Shown: piece by piece, positions 12,301 through 19,617 of the stretch
How positions within the stretch are numbered: position 1 is the stretch's first letter
Layout of the letters: each line of letters opens with the position of its first letter
Origin: Tetramitus jugosus
Lineage: Eukaryota; Protista; Heterolobosea
Length of the DNA: 64,000 nt
Reading direction: 5' to 3'
NCBI GenBank assembly: GCA_937625935.1
Contig: OW569345.1
Span: 620,001 to 684,000 of the forward strand
The notes under the pieces: generated by a model
What the model saw: the letters and a program-made list of their open reading frames with translations, nothing else
The model's database searches: none
What the model was told of the DNA's origin: nothing
Position numbers and translations under genes: made by a program

Positions 12301-12655
12301 TAGATTGGAGGAATCAGTTCTCGCTCTGAAGAATCATCCTAATTTGAAGCGTATTGTCCTGTACACCCACAATGAAGCCTTTATTGGGAATGTGACTGTT
12401 CATGTTGAGAGTGGTAGTTGTAACACCAGTGCTCAAAGTACGTCCACTTCTGGTTCCAATGCCACGACATCAGCAACATTAACTACCAACAATGCCGGTC
12501 AATCACCGCAGCAGCAAAATCCCTTGTACATCAACACCAATGTTCAAAAGGTTCAAGTCATATGTGCACTGCTGAGAACTATGGTTCCAAGAGTTGAATT
12601 TTTATTGTACAATCCTCAAGACAACAATTCCCTCGCTCAGATGCAGTGGTGGTGA
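9392..12655 (+). CDS. Low-complexity N-terminus, F-box-like motif and degenerate LRR region
   Basis: 1087-aa ORF; SFRNLPEDTIHYILTFM F-box-like; LRR-like LQVLELDN, LQYLSIR, LKYL, LTELYM. Confidence 0.65.
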   Translation: MTALHPHPHVEQHQHQQTSSTSPSVGESTESSASYVVPPRRRLRPRSTSSAMPILLPTTSSSFLSSSPPSSTDTSTSTSTSTPTPASSTTLASSPPSSSSKKFFLSLEIPPSSSSSASSPRMTHFSSHANALNNNQNQQSNVYTNNNNNNKNYNKNNAASTLSARATTTRSSNSNNNINNNNDNMRQLRTFSYIYNEVSYRITVPISAAAIAATAAPDVTNSSSHAQSSSTSSSTSTSTSTTSTTSTSYASTKATTAKPTTTTSTTAHNNHHDANHDSLVPVPQLEVFNIYSKKWEIATLTTITTSVRKRHKRSASMDDSQQSSSSSSTLNNNNSNNNSEATGEEEMSVFKKALLAFQRNGASFTKPSLLQSSSTSSTSSSSSLLTSVSQKNNLEQHKNKSPKSGALSHLITTHNESKALSRLRNNDAKMVLNQIQKHDIQLPPKMMQIERDLQLEYDDDRHLSFRNLPEDTIHYILTFMETCFDQYSQFELSDLYGRFNRTCTLRFLHPNIALNSSVRYLYGKKPGFQRGTIRTLMRNVVHLKFYGTRMNRFLLQFFASLKSDGIETPLLQSIKLPMHFTSTSLYTPIIGTLISNGSILPGATTTADGLPNAGVVNAAVTMDELLNLIPIYEFMIESDKKANTASSTTTSDSSQEEEVSASDESIQASKTGQGSESSLTPLTYKSLLTNMQLLSSGGSIPGFLNDYYSHFDNITDLRIQLTTGDVLTIQMIQSIMKSGNLRRFRLESSVAIDAPPGFFKYLLTKCHTEQTEFGDDTLSEDPDLPDYDMSPVPVRRTSSSLQVLELDNIYLIGSVLAGMDVNTTLQYLSIRYTCNPNHMFLLGRGDAILINRNRSLKYLTGDLSVTPEFLTQFSSRSLQVLQLSPKFVPNTVAGPKVATTNPPAPPPTNIIANGTVSGLINGLLNGKGLLYTAHDQRIALPHLLKCPCLTELYMHCDQIDFGVSDNSINNRLEESVLALKNHPNLKRIVLYTHNEAFIGNVTVHVESGSCNTSAQSTSTSGSNATTSATLTTNNAGQSPQQQNPLYINTNVQKVQVICALLRTMVPRVEFLLYNPQDNNSLAQMQWW

Positions 12656-12713
12656 ACATTTTCAAGTTGCCGCCAGAATGTCAATTACGAGAAGAAACGA
12701 CAAAGAAAAAAAA

Positions 12714-13295
12714 ATGGAGCCTGGCTATGACGAGCAGGAAATACAGGTATGCTCACCATAGCAGTTTGTTGTTAAGCTCAACTCTTGAACAATAAAATAG
12801 TACTCAGCTCTCTAACCACAATAACACTCATTTTGATAGAGTCACTTCAATGTAGATGAAGTTCAAGAAACAGTTCTAAAAGTGATCAAGCAAACTCTGG
12901 GAAATGTGAGCTTCAATGCTGCTAAAGTTGATCAATGGACATCGACTATCATTGAAACGATTCTAAAGACTCTTCAGCCACAGAATAAACCATTCAAGTA
13001 CATCGGTATGTCACTCAATCTCCTTATCTCCTTTAACTACATTGAACAACTTTAATTCATTGAAAAATTGATCTAGTGACTGCTGTGATCATGCAACGAA
13101 CAGGAGCAGGACTCCATAGCTCGTGTGTGGCTCACTGGGATGCCGCGACAGATGGTAAGTGGCAATTCTTGTACTGTTATCAACTCCTCCTCTAAGTAAT
13201 ATTGTCCTCATCTTCTTTTTCTAGCATTTTGTTCTAAATCTTGGGAAAATGACACGTTGCAGTGTGTGGTGACCGTTTTTGCTCTGGGTATCTGA
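12714..13295 (+). CDS. DYNLT1: Dynein light chain Tctex-1; 4 exons (12714-12746, 12840-13005, 13077-13154, 13225-13295), 115 aa
   Basis: Hand-spliced across three GT-AG introns: ...FNVDEVQETVLKVIKQTLG...KVDQWTSTII...KPFKYIVTAVIMQRTGAGLHSSCVAHWDAATDAFCSKSWENDTLQCVVTVFALGI*. Confidence 0.93.
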
Positions 13296-13333
13296 CAGCT
13301 CATTGTATTCAATCCAAAATAAACACAAAACAT

Positions 13334-13415
13334 TGCATCCGGTGAGATTTGAACTCACGCATCCGGAGATATCCGAACTTGAGTCGGACGCCTTAGACCA
13401 CTCGGCCACGAATGC
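13334..13415 (-). tRNA. tRNA-Leu(CAA), 82 nt, no intron
   Basis: Minus strand GCATTCG...CGGATGC-A acceptor, TGGCCGAGTGGTCTAAGGC D arm, TCCGA-CT-CAA-GT-TCGGA anticodon arm, long variable arm, GTTCAAATC T loop, downstream TTTT. Confidence 0.97.
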
Positions 13416-13454
13416 TAGATATCGTTAAATCTTTAACAAAATATCCGAGCGCGG

Positions 13455-13469
13455 AGCGCCCGCTAGGGC
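13455..13469. repeat. 15-bp direct repeat, left copy (right copy 14067-14081)
   Basis: Exact match AGCGCCCGCTAGGGC at both positions. Confidence 0.95.
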
Positions 13470-13983
13470 GAGCTTGACACGCTTGAGGAAATCAAGCACA
13501 CACAAACATTCCAACGTGAGAATGTCTTCCAGTCAAGCAACCGCCTCGTCAAAAACACTTACCTTAAGTGGTGCGCACAAAGGATGCACATCCATGGTAT
13601 TACACTTAATAATGAAAGCAGCCACCGCAATTGTGACGATTGTAACATTGCCCGATATGTTCCAACAACTATTCTCAAGAAGCTGTTCAAGAGTGGAATC
13701 ACTAACAGAAGTCAGCTGATGGCTGGTGTGAGAGTCATGAGTTTGAAAGAGATCAAAAACAAGTTCCCTGGATGCAAGATTGGACCAAGGTCTCATGAGT
13801 TGTTGAAAATAATGGTGTCACAAATGAATGAATGCGAGTGTTCTCCGATGTTAGAGCCTAACTCCAGAGTCTCTGTAGTGCGGTGTGTCGAAACCCTTCA
13901 CCAATTGTACACCTCCTATAAGGAAGGAACAAAACAATGACGCCCTAGGGGCACCATTGTTAGAATTAAGAAGTAATGGAGGA

Positions 13984-14003
13984 GATAACGCTCGAGCGTT
14001 ATC
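13984..14003. repeat. Perfect 20-bp palindrome
   Basis: GATAACGCTC|GAGCGTTATC. Confidence 0.95.
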
Positions 14004-14081
14004 CATTGTAAATACCCAGAAAATAAAACAGAGCAACCAGTTGGTTGTATTTAAAAAAAAAAAAAAAGCGCCCGCTAGGGC

Positions 14082-14240
14082 TAAAGGTGAGTCGCGACAT
14101 TCGTGAACAGGAAGAGGAGGTGCCTTGACACCCTTCCTTATCTACAAACCATAGAAGACTAAGAGCATCATTGTGAGAAATGAAAGGAAACGGAGATAGA
14201 GCGTTATCCAGTATGGAGCAACCAATGGTTGTCTTAAAAG
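14082..14240 (+). mobile_element. Degenerate second copy of the 3' end of the same element
   Basis: Colinear with 13881-14056: RCLDTL vs RCVETL codons, GCATCATTGT vs GCACCATTGT, GGAGATA..GAGCGTTATCCA, GAGCAACCA(A/GT)TGGTTGT, TTAAAA. Confidence 0.6.
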
Positions 14241-14592
14241 ACCCCCGCGGTAGCATGGTCTGTGATCTCTGTCCTTCATACAAATGATAAGAAAGAAGAT
14301 ACGTGTTGTATTAAAATCGATCGTCAGGATTTTTCTGGCCCTCTCTTTGTACTTTGATTGATCAACATTGGCATGATAGATGTATTAGGAGTGATCTGCA
14401 GTACTAAGACATTAAACACTGGTAACAAATAGAATGATTGAGAAGGGCACTATCTCTTTGGCACATGATAGAATGTGGTGACTGGTGGGAGAACAGGTCG
14501 CGAAGAATTTTGCTTTGTGACAACATTTGTTTTTGGACCAAAGTTCTTTTGTTCAGATTGGACTCGAAGAAAAACAAAAGAACCACCACAAG

Positions 14593-15720
14593 ATGAACCT
14601 GGGAGACACGAAGACCACACAACCAATCACTAGTCGTCAGAAAGACCTACTACAAGAGACTGACAGTGACTACAAAGAAGAATATTTGACTCTGAATATT
14701 TTGGAGTTGCTGTCATGTGATCTTCAAATGTTCGTTCTAACATTCTTGAACATTTCAGATCTGTATCACATGTCTTTGAGTTGCCGACAAGGTTCATTGT
14801 TGGTATTGGGTCCTGAAGCAGATGAGTATGTCTGGAAGTCTATGGCCAGTCATCTTGGAGTAGGAAATGTAGATGATGGGTCGATTCGAGCTCTTATGCA
14901 GCAATGGAAAGAACATGCAAGTCATGGAAGTGGAACGGGTAATCAAATAGAAAGAGAAAACAATGGTTTTGAGTTTTCAGTTGTCAAGAGTCAAAGCATG
15001 GACACTGATGAAGTAGCTTTTGATGAAACAAGTTCGTTAGAGGGACATTTGACAGATAAAGGATTTATTGTCGACGAGCGTCCACCAAACATGTGGAGGT
15101 CATTGGTGTATTTGAACATGATCAAGTGGGATCCAGATAGTCGTACACCAGACTCAGATATTCAAATGCACAACGACAATAAGACCATACTATGTGTGGA
15201 GAGAGTCAAGTGGAATACGATTCGAGCGAACAAAAAACTTGAAATGGGGATGATTCATTGCTGGGAATACACTCTGGATGATCATGACAATGGAGATTTC
15301 AATACCCATCGAATATTCATTGGAATTGAGAGAAGTACTTATGCATTTACGATGGCGGGATTCACAAATCTTATTGGTATCGGAAGTGAAGGTATCAGTT
15401 ATAGTATTGGAGCTCATGCCATTCATAGAGACAAGTCGTATATACCTCATAGTAGATCTATACTGCATGAGAAGATGTTTAAGTTCAGTACAGGTGACAC
15501 AATTGCCATCAAGTTAGATTTGCAAAATTTGGACAGCTCTCAGACTGCATCCATGCATCTCTTCAAGAACGATGAGTACTTTCACACTATTGAGAACATA
15601 CCGACACAAGAAATTTTGTACTATCCTGCCATTTCAGTAGTGGGCCGTCAGAAGGTGTCCATTCGGATGAAACATTCATTCATGCTCAAGGTGCCAACAA
15701 CAACATTAACTCGCAAGTAA
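14593..15720 (+). CDS. F-box / SPRY (B30.2) domain protein
   Basis: F-box LELLSCDLQMFVLTFLNISDLYHMSLSCR..VWK; SPRY-like IHCWEY, IFIGI, FSTGDTIAIKLDL, LFKND, YYPAISV. Confidence 0.85.
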   Translation: MNLGDTKTTQPITSRQKDLLQETDSDYKEEYLTLNILELLSCDLQMFVLTFLNISDLYHMSLSCRQGSLLVLGPEADEYVWKSMASHLGVGNVDDGSIRALMQQWKEHASHGSGTGNQIERENNGFEFSVVKSQSMDTDEVAFDETSSLEGHLTDKGFIVDERPPNMWRSLVYLNMIKWDPDSRTPDSDIQMHNDNKTILCVERVKWNTIRANKKLEMGMIHCWEYTLDDHDNGDFNTHRIFIGIERSTYAFTMAGFTNLIGIGSEGISYSIGAHAIHRDKSYIPHSRSILHEKMFKFSTGDTIAIKLDLQNLDSSQTASMHLFKNDEYFHTIENIPTQEILYYPAISVVGRQKVSIRMKHSFMLKVPTTTLTRK

Positions 15721-16377
15721 AGGGTTTACTCGAGAGAATTTTACTCTGTTTTTTAGCATTTACTATTCAAAGTGATCAATCCTCACATCATTGTCAAGAA
15801 CGAAGTCAGGAAAATCATCTGATTGGTTTTGCTTTCTTACTGACCCGTCCACTTGGTGATCACCTGACTTTGAGCATCCTTGGTTGGAGGTTCGAAATTC
15901 TCTTTTTCCAACATTGTATTTTCAGCTCTGGTTGCCAAAGGAGATCAAGATCATTCACAAACAAACTGCACCTACTGCACAGATTTCAATCACATGAACA
16001 GCAGCCACACCCCATTAGCACGAGATGATTACCTTGTTCCGGAAGGAGGAACGTCCCGTTCGAGACACTTGTCTCGTATTTTCCGTCACCGTCACTCTTC
16101 CCCAGATACTCGTAGATTCACCTGGTCAAGCTCCGCCGACCTTCCAAAATCCAAACAGAATCCACTACTCCTTGAGCAACAAAAGGAATACCACCTGACT
16201 CACAACCATCAGCAACAACAACCACACTCGGCATCGTCGACTCCTTCTCCTGCTTCTTCGTTCATTTTTTCTCCGCCTGCTCCCCAACAACAACAAAATT
16301 TTTATCCATCCCCACCACCGCCTGCGCAACTTCACTATCATCACTACCACCAACAGAAGAATCATCGCAAGAAAAAA

Positions 16378-17109
16378 ATGGGTCATTTTCTGTCCAAGCT
16401 TTTCGGCAGCGCCGATCACAATGATCATCAAAACAACAATCAACAAACAAAAATTGCAAATCAACATGACCAAGCCATTCTGGACATTAAGATTACACGA
16501 GACAAAATCACAAAGTATCAAAAACAATTGGAAGTGCTCATGAACAGAGAACTCGAAATTGCCAAATCTCTGTTGGCGGAGAATAAACGCGATCGCGCCA
16601 AATTGGCTCTACAAAAACGGAAATATCAAGAACAGTTGTATCAAAAAGCAACGGCTCAGCTTTCCAATTTACAACAAATGGTTCAACAAATTGAGTTTGC
16701 TCAGATTGAATCACAAGTTGTGAATGGTATTCGAATGGGTAAGGATGCTCTCGTTGCCATACAAAAAGAAATTGGTAGCATTGAACAAGTGGAGCAACTC
16801 ATGGATGAGACAAGAGAGGCCATTGAGTATCACAATGAGATTTCTAGGGTGCTGTCAGAGAATTTGACACAAGAGGATCAAGAAGGTGTGGATGAAGAGT
16901 ATGCAAAGCTTGTTGATTTGGTTTCTTTGCAACAAGGAACAACTGCAACGGTAACGACAACAACTATAACAACAACAGCAGAGAAAACGGGAGAAGCTCT
17001 GGATCAAATTGTAGTTCCAGTTCATGTGCCAAAGCCACAGGAACAAGTCGAAGAAGAAGAAGAAGAAGAAGAAGAAGTATCAACAGACAGAGTCGCTGTT
17101 GCTCTGTAA
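16378..17109 (+). CDS. VPS20: ESCRT-III subunit Vps20/CHMP6
   Basis: Myristoylation-type start MGHFLSKLFG; DQAILDIKITRDKITKYQK, RDRAKLALQKRKYQEQL, IEFAQIESQVV, EQLMDETREAIEY; acidic tail. Confidence 0.92.
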   Translation: MGHFLSKLFGSADHNDHQNNNQQTKIANQHDQAILDIKITRDKITKYQKQLEVLMNRELEIAKSLLAENKRDRAKLALQKRKYQEQLYQKATAQLSNLQQMVQQIEFAQIESQVVNGIRMGKDALVAIQKEIGSIEQVEQLMDETREAIEYHNEISRVLSENLTQEDQEGVDEEYAKLVDLVSLQQGTTATVTTTTITTTAEKTGEALDQIVVPVHVPKPQEQVEEEEEEEEEVSTDRVAVAL

Positions 17110-17417
17110 TCTGTGAACGTTGTGTACATGTATAGATCAAACAGATGATAAATTATTTCTGATATCAGATAACTATTTGCTATCGATCAGTCTGACTAAA
17201 TATCCTTGCTGGGATTTTGTTGTTGACCTTTCAACGGTATTCTGCAGAAAATTCCCGGAGTGCACCCGGGCGTGGACAGGTGAGGTGACTCGTGGAATCA
17301 TCGACACACCCCCGCCTGCTCGGAACCACCATTCGCTAAAACATCCTTCACACATAACCAAACAAAAAATTCAGAACTCACAAACAGTATTAATATTCAA
17401 TAACAAACAAATTCAAT

Positions 17418-18913
17418 ATGATGACATATTCTAAAACACTGCGTACGGTGCTGCTTGCTCTCGTCGTTGTTCTTGCATTTTTCTTGCCTCAAATGACCAC
17501 TGCCGTGGATTATCCAGAGTGTGATGCCAACAAGTTTTCCAATGAAGTGAAACCGAATATCCTGATGGCCTCTACCAATGAACAATTCATTGGTTATACC
17601 GAAGTGAGAAAATTGGCTGAAGAACTTTTGATTAAACCCATTTTGAATCCTAGTGACTATGTTGGCTTGTTGGGATCCAAGAGAGGATTGCTGATTTATG
17701 GACCACCAGGAACAGGAAAGGTGAGTAGTCGTATGAATAGTTATATAAGCTATAACAATTGTTGTTATTTGTTGTTTTTTATGAAATTCATTAGAAATGT
17801 ACTGACTGTCTCTCCATGGTGTGGGAATGATGATAAAAGACTTTTATGGTTCAGACAATGGTGTCTCAGTTGAATAACTTGGGCTATGAAGTTTGGAAGA
17901 TTACCTACTCTGATCTTTGGAAGCAAGCTTTTGTTGGAGAGGGTCCTCAAAGATTGAATTGCTTGTTCGACCGTGCAGAGGCACAAAAGAACGTTGTGCT
18001 CTTGTTTGATGAGTCAGAGCTCATCTTCCGCTCCAGAGAAACCAAGACTGATGAATACTCGAGTCAATTGTTGACCATTGCGCTCAATCGTCTTCACAAG
18101 AATGCCAAATTCAAGGCAATTCTCATCACCAACTTCCCTGGTGATGTCGATTTTGCCATCCGTAGACGATTCGGAAATCAAGTGTGTATCCGATTGCCCG
18201 ACCCTGCTGAACTGAAGCAAATGTTCTGCTCCAAGCTTGAGAGTGATAACTGGTTCTTTGATTCCTCATTCGTCTATGATCAATCAGGTCTCAATAACAG
18301 ACTCCAACTGTTCTCTGGTGATGACATTCAGAGACTTGCCGAACGTATTGCTTTCACAAAAGCAATGGGTGCCACTCAATCCCCTGTCAGAACAAAGACT
18401 GCACCAATCAATCTCCCAGATATCGAAGCTGCGTTGACACAGGTGAGACCAACTTCTACTGCCACCGAGTTGGTTCAGTATGCTCTGTACAGTGCCAAGT
18501 ACTCCAACTTGTGCTTCCAAGAGTATTTGCCAAAGGACAGCAGAAAATTGGCTGAAGCTAAGGCCATTTTCGATGCTCAAGAGAACTTGTTAGGCATTTC
18601 CTCTGGAGCTTTGAAGCCATCTGATCTCATCGAGCTCAGAAAGACAGTAGACAATGTGTTTGCTGCTCAGAAAGCTGAAGACGCAAAAGCATTGACCCAT
18701 GTTACCGATTGCACACGACGCTTCTCAACAGGTGTAAACAAGACTGGAATTGCTATCGGTGTTGGTGTTGGTGTTATAGTGCTGGTTTTGGTTGCTTTTG
18801 TCTTGGGTGGTGCTGGCTTGTTCTTGTTTGTCAAGAAAGCCAAGGTTCCAGTCTCTTTGGCCACAGACGCCAGCTCTAACTATGTTCAAATGAAGGATAT
18901 CTCAACACACTAA
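17418..18913 (+). CDS. Vps4/katanin/spastin-clade AAA ATPase with signal peptide and C-terminal TM; 2 exons (17418-17720, 17840-18913), 458 aa
   Basis: Intron 17721-17839 (GTGAGT...AAG) restores Walker A GPPGTGK/T; Walker B VVLLFDE; sensor-1 ILITN; DFAIRRRF; FSGDDI; hydrophobic N-terminus and C-terminal TM followed by KKAK. Confidence 0.85.
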
Positions 18914-19081
18914 GTGTTGTGATCCATTCTTCCATTTATGCTTACAATAAAAGGTCATCATAACTATTTTTAGGTACTTTTTCCATGTGGTGAAGATCAA
19001 CAACAAAACAAGCACACAAAAAACAAGAACTTGAGAGTTGATCATCACCACCAAAAAACAACAATAGAGAAATAGAAAATA

Positions 19082-19393
19082 ATGAGAGTTTTTAAAGTTG
19101 ATTCCATATATGATGCCGAATTGAAAATATGGAGAGTCGATTCCAGATATGATGCCGATGTTGCCGTATTCATGGTGACTTCTCAATGGGACGATGAAGG
19201 AGAGTTGTTGTGGTATCACGTGCCAAGCAAATTTGATGAAGCTCTCAAGATTTACTTTGTGGACAGTCCTTATGACGCCGATATCAAGATTCAGTTCGTG
19301 CAATCCAAGTTTGACGTCGAATGGTTGAACGAAGAGAAGAAGAATTTGTTGGTGAACAATTCCAAGTCTGTTGAAGAGCAACTCAAGGAGTAA
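19082..19393 (+). CDS. DUF6150-like tandem-repeat protein (candidate 7_1 septoil-knot family)
   Basis: Six ~13-aa repeats of the type (K/R)hxxVDSxYDAD, ending WLNEEKKNLL. Confidence 0.75.
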   Translation: MRVFKVDSIYDAELKIWRVDSRYDADVAVFMVTSQWDDEGELLWYHVPSKFDEALKIYFVDSPYDADIKIQFVQSKFDVEWLNEEKKNLLVNNSKSVEEQLKE

Positions 19394-19617
19394 AAAACAA
19401 AACATACACAATGGTATTAAAAACAAAAACACACTTGTAATATGAGATTGAAATGATTTGTATTGTGGAGCTGTTGCGTTTGTTGTATTGAGATCAATGC
19501 AATTTTTTTTATTTTATCTATTTTCTGAGTGTCTTGTATGTGTGCAGTTAGTTGTTGCTGTCGAGTGTGGTAAATATATCTGTATCAGGGACTCCTAAAT
19601 ATGCCTGATGATTTATC

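Larger units (their letters stand above)
13455..14081 (+). mobile_element. 5'-truncated poly(A) retro-insertion (non-LTR-like) with candidate 15-bp target-site duplication, upstream of tRNA-Leu
   Basis: AGCGCCCGCTAGGGC at 13455-13469 and 14067-14081; frame open from 13470 to TGA 13940; AATAAA 14022-14027; A15 at 14053-14067. Confidence 0.7.

Noticed and set aside
13221-13409. 62-aa track ORF MAEWSKASDSSSD...
   Set aside because: It is a translation of the tRNA-Leu gene plus the antisense of DYNLT1 exon 4
15880-16377. 166-aa N-terminal extension of VPS20
   Set aside because: Starts at TTG; Vps20 needs Gly2 for myristoylation, which fits ATG 16378; the region looks like a CAA-rich leader
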